The translations under genes were made by a program, and so were the position numbers. Positions 39,858-51,296 of a stretch of 64,000 nt of DNA are shown piece after piece. How positions within the stretch are numbered: the stretch's first letter is position 1; each line of letters opens with the position of its first letter. Below the pieces are notes generated by a model that ran no database searches, was not told the origin of the DNA, and worked only from the letters and a program-made list of their open reading frames with translations. Source of the stretch: Scyliorhinus canicula. Taxonomy: Eukaryota. The stretch is from positions 143,500-207,499 of the forward strand of contig NW_024055487.1 of assembly GCF_902713615.1 (NCBI RefSeq), in the 5' to 3' direction.

Positions 39858-40169
39858 CCGACGAGGCGAGGTTGAGACTTTGGGTGACCTCTTGATGAGT
39901 GACCTGGCAGGTATAGACCGCTTTGCTGAACCATTCCCCAGAGGAGACTGTCAGCCGACTGCTCGCCGAGAAGTTCCCGTTCACTTCACAGGCGGGAGAG
40001 GTGACAATTCCTGAACCCACGGATTGTCCATTCTTCAGCCACTTCACCGTGATTGAATTTGGCTGGAAATCGATGATTGAACAGATGATGGTTGCAAATT
40101 TCTGTCTTGTGATTTCTTCATTGGGACTCACGGTGAGGAGAACATGTGGATGGATGTCATTTCTAGGAA
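39858..40169 (-). CDS. IGHM: IgM CH2 exon
   Basis: ccttgaag|[69 protein letters not shown]|gtaaga; 312 nt, open. Confidence 0.94.
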
Positions 40170-40213
40170 CTTCAAGGACCATAAGTTAGACATTATTGCA
40201 GAAGATGCAGAAG

Positions 40214-40575
40214 GGGCAGCAGGGTAGTAGGGGCAGCAGGGTAGCATGGTGGTTAGCATAAATGCTTCACAGCTCCAGGGTCCCAGGTTCGATTCCGGGC
40301 TGGGTCACTGTCTGTGTGGAGTCTGCACGTCCTCCCCCTTTGTGCGTGGGTTTCCTCCGGGTGCTCCGGTTTCCTCCCACAGTCCAAAGATGTGCGGGTT
40401 AGGTGGATTGGCCATGCTAAATTGCCCGTAGTGTCCTAATAAAAGTAAGGTTAGGGGGGGGGGGGGTTGTTGGGTTACGGGTATAGGGTGGATACGTGGG
40501 TTTGAGTAGGGTGATTATGGCTTGGCACAACATTGAGGGCCGAAGGGCCTGTTCTGTGCTGTACTGTTCTATGTT
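40214..40575 (+). mobile_element. Young HE1-type SINE with a duplicated head, about 45 bp from the CH2 acceptor
   Basis: ggggcagcagggtag occurs twice, followed by a full body and tail. Confidence 0.9.
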
Positions 40576-40734
40576 GTAACAAATAAACTGACTTATTATT
40601 TTTTCACAGTTACTCTGCGCTCAATATTATTTTCTGGAATCCGAACTGTGTAGTGTTCCATAAATGTGTCATAACCAAAGTTATAAATAAATTAATCACA
40701 GCGTTTCTGTTTTCACATGTTCGACAACACTTAC

Positions 40735-41031
40735 GCATTTCAATGCTCTTGTCTGAGCCGCTGTGTCGAACCTCACAGCTGATGTTGCTGCATCCCCCCT
40801 CTGACTCGGTGATGGTTAACTCGCTGCTCAGGGTGTAGGTTCCCTTCTTGTTTCTCACTGACGGATATTTCTTAACTCCAGTGGTGATCGGCTGCCCATC
40901 TTTCTTCCAGGTAAGACTGGTGATTTCTGGGGAGTAGTCCATCGCCAAACAGCCGTAGGTCACGGAGCCGTCGGTGTTGTGTTGTTGACAGGAGGAGACC
41001 AGACTGTAGAGAGTGGGCGGAGACGGTGTCG
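40735..41031 (-). CDS. IGHM: IgM CH1 exon
   Basis: tctctcccag|[60 protein letters not shown]|gtaagt; 297 nt, open, shark Cmu1 signature. Confidence 0.96.
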
Positions 41032-41520
41032 CTGGGAGAGAATGGCCCATTCAACAAGTTAGACTCTATATTTGAGTTTAAGTAACCAAACATTTCAAAA
41101 TGTGCCTCAAGCTATGCGTTTATGCTAACATTTCCCCATTAAAAGTTACATCGACATTTAAGCTTCTATTAGTCTCTCATTTGAGATTCATACCTCTTTG
41201 CCTCCTCACTCGGAGCTCACATCTTACTCCTGCTCTCCCACAGGATAAAAATGGCATTTTGGTGCCATATGAATGGTGTAACGTTTATTAAAATGAAAGA
41301 GAAGCCGGAGGTTTCCCCATTATTTCAACAATGCAAATGGTGCCGTAGTCACGGAGACTGCGCTCTCCTTTTGAGAGCTGACTAGTGGTGCTTTAACCTG
41401 AGGGTCACTATACCTGAGGTACCTGGCAAGGTTGAGAATGGGGCCCTTTATGAATAAGGTCAGCTGGTACAATAATCGAACCCGCGCTGTTGGGATCGTT
41501 CCTCATCACGAACCAGCCGT

Positions 41521-41844
41521 CCAGGTAACTGAGCTGTGTTCGTCACAATCCAGCTAACTGGGTTGTGTGTACGTCACAATCCAGCTGACTGGGTTGTGTG
41601 TACGTCACAATCTAACTAACTGAGCTGTGTACATCACAATCCAGCTAACTGAGCTGTGTACGTCACAATCTAACTAACTGAGCTGTGGACCTCACAGTCC
41701 AGCTAACCGAGCTGTGTACATCACAATCCAGCTAACCGAGCTGTGTACGTCACAATCCAGCAGACTGAGATGTGTACGTCACAATCCACCTAACTGAGAT
41801 GTGTACGTCACAATCCAGCTAACTGAGATGTGTACTTCACAATC
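41521..41844. repeat. 29-bp tandem array (11 units), AGCT-rich, about 490 bp 5' of CH1
   Basis: Unit CCAGCTAACTGAGCTGTGTACGTCACAAT, 12 AGCT in 300 bp; it abuts the head of an antisense SINE fragment (about 41380-41535). Confidence 0.95.
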
Positions 41845-41879
41845 AGCAGCACTTTGTGATAAAGAACGGTGTGAGGGAG

Positions 41880-42630
41880 TGAGATAGCGTCCGTCTGTAA
41901 GTCAGTATGTGTCTCTGGGAGAGAGAGTCGGCGTGGATCTGAGTCTGTCTGTATGTGTTTGCGTGGTAGGGAGAGTATGCATGTGAGAGAGTGTTTAATG
42001 GAACGTGTGTGTGGTAGGGAGTGTGTGAGCGAGATAGTGTTTATGTGAGGGATGTTGTGTGAGAGAGACCCTTTGTGTGAGAGTGTGTCTGAGTAAGTGT
42101 GTGAGAGAGACCGAATGTGTGTGTGATAGAGTGTGGGAGAGAGCGGGCGGATGAAAGACAGAGATAAATTGTGTGCGTTTGTCCCTGAGAGTGTGCATGT
42201 GGGAGAGAGACCACGTGAGAGGATGTATGTTATATGAAGAGGGCATGTGCCTAGCAGAGAGTCTGTGAGAGACGGGTAGTGTGTGTGAGAGAGAGAGTGA
42301 GAGAGAAAATGTGTCGGTAAAAAGGTGAATTTGTGAGAGTGTGTCTGTTTGTAAGAGAGTGTGAGTATGTGCGTCTGAGTGCTTCCTCCGTCACCATGTG
42401 AGTGTATGGGAGAACGTGATTACATGTTTGTGTTTTGAGAGAGAGTGCGTGTGAGAGACAGAAGCACAGGTGTAATTCATAGTCTGTGCGGGGGTGCGTG
42501 AGGGAGGGAATGTCTAAGAGTGAGAATGTAACTGTGATAGGATGAGTGAGTGTGTGTAAGGGAGAATATGTCAGAGTATGAGTGTGTGTGTGTGTGTTTG
42601 CGGGTGAGAGAGTGTAATGTGTGTGTGTGT
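41880..42630. repeat. Degenerate (GA/GT)n low-complexity tract
   Basis: Visible dinucleotide composition. Confidence 0.9.
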
Positions 42631-42764
42631 GTGTCAGGATGGCTCACTCCCAGTTTCCATAGTCTCATTCACCCGCACACTCCACACATACTCGCATCCA
42701 CTCTCACGGTGAGCATAATCCGGCTTGCAGAACATGAGTTGGAGAATCATTTCGGTCTTTGGCA

Positions 42765-45495
42765 GCTGCGGCACGGTCGTATGGTTGCTTCACAGCTCCA
42801 GGGTCCGAGGTTCGCTTCCTGGCTTGGCTCACTGCGCGGAGTCTGCACGTTCTCTCCGTGTCTGCGTGGGTTTCCTCCGGGTGCTCCGGTTTCCTCCCAC
42901 AGTCCAAAGACATGCTATGACGTGAATTGGACATTCTGAATTTTCTCTCAGTGTACCTGAACAGGCGCCGTATTTTGGCAACCAGGGGGTTTTCACGGTA
43001 ACTTCATTGCAGTTTTAATGTAAGCCTGCTTGTGACAATAATAAAGATTATCGTTATCAAAATGTCGTCCACTGACTTATTGTTAAATAAGAAATATTGT
43101 TAAAATGCGCGTAATTTCACCCAACAATGGAACAATTTATTTCCCGATATCTGATTGGATAACTCCAGCTCGTTAGTTCGATGTTCCGCCTACTTGACCT
43201 CTGCGGGGAAAGGTTCTCATGTCAGGTGCAGGCCACGTTAAGATATAGAGTAAAATTTCCACCCCATCCCACAAAAGTTCCTGTCTCTTACTGCAAGAAT
43301 GGAGACACGACATTGGTTTGATACAAAATACAACATGGACTCCCTCCAGCGCAGAAAGAGGCATTGGTTTGATACAAAATGCAACATGGACTCCCTCCAG
43401 CGCAGAAGGAGGCATTCGGCCCATTGAGCCTGCACCGACCCTCTGAGAGATCACACTACCTAGACACAATTTCTCACCCTATCCCCGTAGCTCCACCTTG
43501 GAACAATTTAGCATGTCCAATCCATATAGCATGCATATCTTTAGATTGTAAGAGGAAACTGCAGCACCCGGAAGAAGCCCACACAAACACTGGAAGAATG
43601 TGCAATCTCCACCCGAGGTCTGAATCGAACACGGGTCTCTACCACTGAGGCGGCAGTACTAACCCCTGTGCCACCGCACCTCCGATCTTTAACATTATCA
43701 CCTAAAGGAACGTCACCACCTACACGTCAGGTCTGTGATTGAAGATTTGGAACTTGCTGCACTGAGTGAAATTCTAAAAAAACTCAAGAAATTCAACACG
43801 GTCGAGGACAAAGCGTCCCGCCAAATTAGCCCCCATTCACCGTCTTAAAAATTCACTCCCCCATCACCGACAAGCAGTGGCAACTGTGTCTATGATGTAC
43901 AAGATGAACTTCAGCAACTTTCCAAGACTCCATCGAAAGCACCTTCCAAATTGCAACGTCAACCACCTACCACCGAGGCAGCACGATAGAACAAGTGGAT
44001 AGCATTCTGGCTTCACAGCGCCAGGGTCACAACTGGATTGCATTCTGGGTCACTGTCTGTGTGGAGTCTGCACGTTCTCTCCGTGGCTGCGTGGGTTTCG
44101 TCCGGATGCTCCTGTTTCCTCCCACAGTCCAAAGATGTGCAGGTTAGGTGGATTGGCCATGATAAATGCCCTTAGTGACGAAAAAGTTCAGGAAGGGTTA
44201 TTGGGTTCCGGGGATAGGGTGGAACTGAGAGCTAAAGTGGGTCGGTGCAGACTCGATGGGCCGAATGGCCTCCTTCTGCACTGTATGTTCTATGTTGCAG
44301 AACGACAGGAACACCAGATGCATGGGAGCACCAGCAATTGGTTGTGCCCTTCCCTGCCACACACTATCAACCCTGACTGGAAACTATACTGCCGTTCCTT
44401 CACTCTCGTTTGGTCAAAATCCTGGAACACTCTCCATCACAACACTGCGGGTGCACCTGCGCCATATGGACTGCAGTTATTCAAGAATTATTCAAGTCAT
44501 CACTTTCTCAATGGGCAATTAAGCAGAGACAACAAATGTTAGTCATACCACAGACTCTACAGTTCCTGAATAAGATGATCATTAATATTCAGACTAATTG
44601 CCCCCTTTCCACTGCCCCAGTAAATAGGTCAAGGACTGGTGCAGCACTGAATAAAATAGAATAAAGCTCCATCTGCATTGCGTCGTCTAACATTCCAAAG
44701 CTAGATACATCAGTGGTTAAAATATACCCACATCTCCTCCAGTCTATATTGAGTTTCTTCTTCTATCAATTTAGAGTACCCAATTCTTCCTGTTTTCATG
44801 AAGGGGCAGTTTAGCGTCGCCAAACCAACTACTCTGAACAGCTTTGGGTTGTGGGGGTGAGGCACGCGCAGACATGGGGAGAATATGCAAAGTCCACACA
44901 GACAGTGACCGAATGCGGGTCCTCAGCCCTGGGAGGCGGCAGTGCTAAACACTGCACCACCATGCCACCCTTGTCTGCTGTTGCTGAGTTATTCATTATG
45001 ACTGTCACAATCTGGGGTAAGGATCTCAGTTCAGAGGCGGCTTAACTAACATAAAGTCAAATTTTCGCAATCCTCACAGATACACGTTTTTGAAGAAATA
45101 AATCAAAGCACAGTCCCTGAAATACGAGACGATGAATTATTCACACTGCTTTATTCTAATTGATAAGTGGTCAACTTTAGACAACAACAATAACCTCTTT
45201 GAAATTAAACTGATATTTATTAAAAACTCCCTTTGCCTTGTAACTAATTCTGTCTGTCCGAACTGTGCAACATTTATATTGGCTGAAAACAATCACATCA
45301 AATATTCTTTTCCAATTAAGGGGCACTTTAACGTGTCCAATTCCCCTATCCTGCACAATTTTGGAGCCGTGGATCTCCACCTAGACACAGGGTGCACGTG
45401 GAACTCCAAAGCGGAGCGACTCAGGGCGGAGATCGAATCGAGATTCACGGTGCTGTGAGGCAGCAATGCTGCCCACTGCACCACCATGCCATCCT
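42765..45495. mobile_element. Multiple HE1-type SINEs in both orientations plus a LINE 3' relic (43780-44530) in the J-C intron
   Basis: SINE cores near 42770(+), 43400(-), 43980(+), 44770(-) and 45300(-). The LINE relic is homologous to 54480-54920. Confidence 0.7.
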
Positions 45496-47329
45496 GTTCA
45501 TATTGACGATAACAGATTGCATTCAGTTTAACGTCATTGATAAAGATTCGGAGATATGAAAGAAACAAACAAAAGAGTAACCCGATTACCCGATTGACCT
45601 AATTTCTTAAGTAAATGTAACCACAAAATAATCGAGACAAAGCACATCATCGGCCTGAGCATAGAAATGTATTGCTTTCTAAATTCATTTTGGATACAAT
45701 AAAAATTTCTCTAAAAGCTGAACTGTAGCATTTATGTTTGATTTGTTCGAACTGTCATTGCATTGCACGTTGTTTTTAATTGCCAGTTAGCCTTGTTGGA
45801 TGATTTGCACTCTATAATAAAAAAATGAAAAAATTATATAATTCAAAGCGAGATCTTGCCTGGAACTTTGCTTATAAATTGCGTTTAATTAAATGTCAAG
45901 CAATGCTAAACAATAAACCTCAAATAACCGGATGGAAACATTCAGACCAGGATATTTTAAATTAAATCTAATAACATTTAACATTTTACTTTTTGGTAAT
46001 AATCGTCCTGTTTGAACCTGCAAAAATGTGAAATATGAATATTTCTGAACTCATTGAATTCCATCTATTCACAGAGTCTAATTCGCACGATAAATCTATA
46101 AGCGTCTCGCTCTTTATATATACATAAATATATCTTACTTTCAGCTCGGATACATAAAGTATGTATATCTATCTATATATATATAATGTGTGTGTGTGTG
46201 TGTATTTATGACAATAATTTTGACAATCCCGACAACTGAATTATTAAAACTGCTGCTCAATGAAAGGAGATCCAAAATTAATCTGTGTAAAACACAGTTA
46301 AAATTGTTCATTCAGATCCTCTCCAAAACTGAAACATAATAAGCAAATGGAGCAGATATTTTGTTGTTTAATTTAATATTCAATATAAATAAGCTTGAGA
46401 ATCAGATATGATCTTTTCTTTATTCTGTCATTTGTTTTTACTATAATTCTATACTGTGTACAGCACAGTTATATCAGACTGGCTGTTGTTAATTATTGCA
46501 AAGCTCATATTCGCATTTTCTGATTAAATTAATCTGTTTGAATTTCAAGCTGTTACTTGTCAATCTCCAGCCCTGTGCAGTCTGAATATTCCTACAATTT
46601 AAATAAAATCATTAGAAAAATGTCTTCACTGTCAGCGACTTCCAGATCACAGAAAACTGTTTATGATTAGATTAGCGACAATTATCTCACTATCTATCGT
46701 CAAATGACATTGAAGGAATCATGAATCACAGTGAACAATATGGAATCATATTGTTGTGGCTGCACAGAAAGAATATAATAACTGGATACATAAATTGCCA
46801 AACTCCAATATAAAATTCCTATTTAAGTAACTGCAAACGTAATCAGGGATCCAAAAATTAATCCAAAATCTCTTGTGCAACTGAACACCTGTGTAGAATC
46901 AGTATGTTATTGTTAAAATAGTTCCAGGCACAATTAGATTATATTTTCAGGCTAGAAAATGTTCCGGTCATGCAAATAGTGTGCAGCGCGCAGCAGAATT
47001 GTGAAAGGCGATTGCTGATTAATTATATTAATATGAAAACATCTTTGGATAATATGGGGTTATATTACCACATTATAATAACTACTCTCCAATTTGAACA
47101 ATTGTTAAATAAGAAGTATGAGCTTGCAGTAAATTGTTATGTTCTGAATGACGCAATCTTTTGGTTTAATCATCATTGAATTTACAGTGCAGAAGGAGGC
47201 CATTCGGCCCATCGAGTCTGCACCGGCTCCTGGAAAGAGCACCTTACCCAAGGTTAACACCTCCACCCTATCCCCATAACCCAGAAACCCCACCCAACAC
47301 TAAGGGCAATTTATCATGTCCATAAGGAT

Positions 47330-48560
47330 TCCCATGGCAGGTTGATGGAAAAAGTGAAGTCGTATGGGGTTCAGGGTGTACTAGCTAGATGGATAAAGAA
47401 CTGGCTGGGCAACAGGAGACAGAGAGTAGTGGTGGAAGGGAGTGTCTCAAAATGGAGAAGGGTGACTAGTGGTGTTCCACAGGTATCCGTGCTCGGACCA
47501 CTGATGTTTGTGATCTACATAAATGACCTGGACGAAGGTATAGGTGGTCTGATTAGCAAGTTTGCAAATGATACTAAGATTGGTGGAGTTGCAGATAGCG
47601 AGGAGGACTGTCAGAGAATACAAGAAAATATAGATAGATTGGAGAGTTGGGCAGAGAAATGGCAGATGGAGTTCAATCCAGGCAAATGCGAGGTGATGCA
47701 TTTTGGAAGATCAAATTCAAGAGCGGACTATATGGTCAATGGAAGGGTCTTGGGGAAAATTGATGTGCAGAGATCTGGGAGTTCAGGTCCATTGTACCCT
47801 GAAGGTGGCAACGGAGGTTGATAGAGTGGTCAAGAAGGCATACAGCATTCTTGTCTTCATCGGACGGGGTATAGAGTACAAGAGTTGGCAGGTCATGTTA
47901 CAGTTGTATAGGACTTTGGTTCGGCCACATTTGGAATACTGTGTGCAGTTCTGGTCGCCACATTACCAGAAGGATGTGGATGCCTTGGAGAGGGTGCAGA
48001 GGAGGTTCACCAGGATGTTGCCTGGTATGGAGGGTGCTAGCTATGAAGAAAGGTTGAGTAGATGAGGATTGTTTTCGTTGGAAAGATGGAGGTTGAGGGG
48101 GGACCTGATTGAGGTCTACAAAATTATGAGAGGTATGGACAGGGTGGATAGCATCAAGCTTTTCCCAAGAGTGTGCAGCGCGCAGCAGAATTGTGAAAGG
48201 CGATTGCTGATTAATTATATTAATATGAAAACATCTTTGGATAATATGGGGTTATATTACCACATTATAAGGGGTCAAGTTACAAGGGATCACGATTTCA
48301 AGGTGAGAGGGGGAAAGTTTAAGGGAGATGTGCGTGGAAAGTTTTTTACGCAGAGGGTGGTGGGTGCCTGGAACGCTTTAACCGCGGAGGTGGTAGAGGC
48401 GGGCATGATAGCATAATTTAAGATGCATCTGGGCAAGTTTATGAATGGGCGGGAACAGAGGGAAGTAGACCTTGGAAAATAGGAGACAGGTTTAGATAAA
48501 GGATCTGGATCGGCGCAGGCTGGGAGGGCCGAAGGGTATGTTCCTGTGCTGTAATTTTCT
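47330..48560 (+). mobile_element. Decayed CR1 3' half containing a 101-bp foreign insertion
   Basis: GVPQVSVLGP, KFANDTK and [12 protein letters not shown] motifs; the insert at 48170-48270 is identical to 46978-47078. Confidence 0.9.
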
Positions 48561-50762
48561 TTGTTCTTTGCTCCAATCCACATAACCTGCACATCTTTGG
48601 ACTGTGGGAGGAAACCGGAGCACCCGGAGGAAACCCACGTACACACGGGGAGGATGTGCAGACTCCGCACAGTCAGTGACCCAAACCGGAGTCGAATCTG
48701 GGACCCTGGAGCTGTGAAGCGATTGTGCTATCCACAATGCTACCGTGTAATCATCAGTTATAAAAACACTAATATACCTTTATTCCGTTCTGAATTTCCA
48801 ATGCCTGCTTGTTTTCTACCTATAATCGTGTTTCAAGCAGATTTAAACACGTAGGCCGTTGGCATTTAACCACAAATCATGTAACCACTTAATATCACCG
48901 AGCATAAACAATGCAGAAACTCCTAACCTCTTCACAAATTGTACTTAATCAAAGTCACCCAGACACACATTATCATCAGCAGTTAAACATCAAACTCATC
49001 ACCGAGGAGTTGAACCCCGTTTCATGGAGAAGCAGATCAATTCTACATTGAACAGAATAAAACTTAACATTTCAAAAACATCTCAACATCGCATCCAGCT
49101 CGCCACCAAATGTATCAATTTTCAAACTAAATAGAAATCTGTAATAACAGCAATATAATTGTGAGGAGCTGCGATGTGTCCAAAACAAATATTGAAAGTT
49201 TACCGCGTTTTATTCATATTGGACCATATTTTAAACATATTTAAACACTTAATATTCGCAGTAGCTGTAACCATCAATCTCACCTCGACGAAACATTGCA
49301 GAAGCCACAGGCTGCGATTGCAGTAATAATTTATGTTCAGAAAGAACGCCTTGAACCCTGCCTTAGTTTAATGTCCAAACTGCTCTAAAATCCTGCTTGT
49401 TTTCTGCCGACAATCATGCATCAAGCAACTTCAAACATTCCATTCAAAAACATGGAACTGCTCAATGTCACCGAGTTTGAACAATGCAGAAACAATGCAG
49501 AAACGGCAAACCGTTTCAAACATCTTATTTATTCAAAGTCACCCAGATACAATCTATTCGTCAGAAAACCACCAAATCACATCACCAAAGGCCTGGGACT
49601 CGTTTCATGGAGAAGCAGCTCAATTCAAAACACTTCCAACAAAATCAAACATAACGTTTTAAGAAATTATCAATCCAGAAGCCACCAAATCCACCTGTTA
49701 TCAAATGAATGAATAATTAAACAGAAACTTAGAAGAATATCATCAGCATTGTGAATACGCAGAACATGTTCAATAAAGTAACACATAAACCTCAGCATAT
49801 TTTGTTGGGTTCGATTTCTAACACTTGTGCAGGAGGTGGTAAAACTTGCAGCCACCAGATGTCACCGAGATTAAACATTGCAGAAACGCTGCGTTGGGTA
49901 TTTAAAATAACCCGGCCACACAGTATCCTCAGCAAATAAACACTAAATCATAGCAACCAGGGGCAGCACGGTGGCGCAGTGGTCAGCCCTGTTGCCTCAC
50001 AGTGCCCAGGTTCGATCCCGGCTCTGGGTGATCGTCCGTGTGGAGCTTGCACATTCTCCCCATGTTTGCGTGGGTTTCACCCCCAGGACCCAAAGATGTG
50101 CACATAGGTGGATTGGTCATACTGAATTGCCCCTTAATTGGAAATAAATGAATTGGATACTCTAAAACATTTTTTAAAAAATCACAACAACCATGGACTG
50201 AATCCCTGAGCAGCGACTTTTGTCAAGAGGCAGAGTAATTCTATAACCTTTTTAATCAGAATCGCATGAAACATTGCGACAAAATCCCAATACAGAATCA
50301 CCAAACCCACGATTCAGTGAACGAATTAATTGTTTTTTTAAATTTAGAGTACCCAATTGTTTTTCCAAACAAGCAGCATTTTACTATGGCCAATCCATTT
50401 AGCCTGCACATCGTTTGGTTGTGGGGCTGAGACCCACGCAGACACGGCGAGAATGTGTAAACTCTTGCGTGGGTTTCGCCCCCACAACACAACCATATGC
50501 ACACTGGGTGGATTGGCCACGCTAAATTGCCCCTTAATTGGAAAAAATGAATTGGGTACTCTAAATTTACTTTTAAAAAAGAGAATGTGTAAACTCCACA
50601 CAGACAGTGACCTGGGGCCGGGTTTCAATCTCGGACCTCTGCGCCCTGAGATATCAGCTAACAACTGCGCAACCGTGTTGCCCTGAATAAATTGTGAACA
50701 TACAAAAAAGTATAAAACTAGGACTGAAATAAAACAGTTGGAAATAATTGACTGGTGCTTAC

Positions 50763-51122
50763 CTGCAGGCACCGTCACCATGGTCCCCTGTCCCCAGTAG
50801 TCCATCCCACCCACTATGTCCACTGTACAATAATAGATGGCGGTATCTTCGGCCTTCAGGTTCGTCATGGCCAAAGATAAGATATTGTTCGAAGTGTCTG
50901 TGGAAGCAGTGAATCGATCTTGAATTCCTGCGGCGTAGCCATTGCTGGAAGAAGTGTCGTACCAAAGCAGCCACTCCAGCCCCTGTCCGGGAACCTGTCG
51001 GATCCAATGCATGGTGTCGCTGCCAAGGCTGAAGCCGCTGGTTTTACAGGTCAGTGTCAGGGAGCCTCCGGGACGCCCGGTCTCTGCCTCTGGCTGAGTC
51101 AACACAACATCCGACTGGACAC
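50763..51122 (-). CDS. Germline-joined IgH VDJ exon
   Basis: tttttacag|[73 protein letters not shown]|gtaagc; 360 nt, open, no RSS or spacer DNA between V and J. Confidence 0.95.
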
Positions 51123-51250
51123 CTGTAAAAATATATCAAAAAGCCCGAGGATTAATGCTGGTGAAATGATTGGTGACTCTGGAACATTCCAGAGAGAGAC
51201 TAACACTGAGACAGTAACAGTGAGAGACTTGGACAATAAAAACTACTCAC

Positions 51251-51296
51251 GGGATAAGAAAGTCAGCAACAAACTGAGAGAAATGGCCCACTTCAT
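51251..51296 (-). CDS. IgH leader exon
   Basis: MKWAISLSLLLTFLS-C|gtgagt, 46 nt, phase 1. An in-frame upstream ATG lies at 51308. Confidence 0.92.

Noticed and set aside
23750-41844. Tandem arrays considered as CRISPR-like
   Set aside because: Vertebrate DNA, and the units are contiguous with no unique spacers.
50344-50762. Apparent 130-aa C-terminal extension of the VDJ ORF
   Set aside because: This is read-through past the G|gtaagc donor into the intron and two antisense SINEs.
50822-50828. TACAGTG heptamer-like sequence at the V 3' end, considered as a cryptic RSS for V replacement or joining to TCR D/J
   Set aside because: It lacks the essential CAC, and there is no nonamer at 12 or 23 bp.
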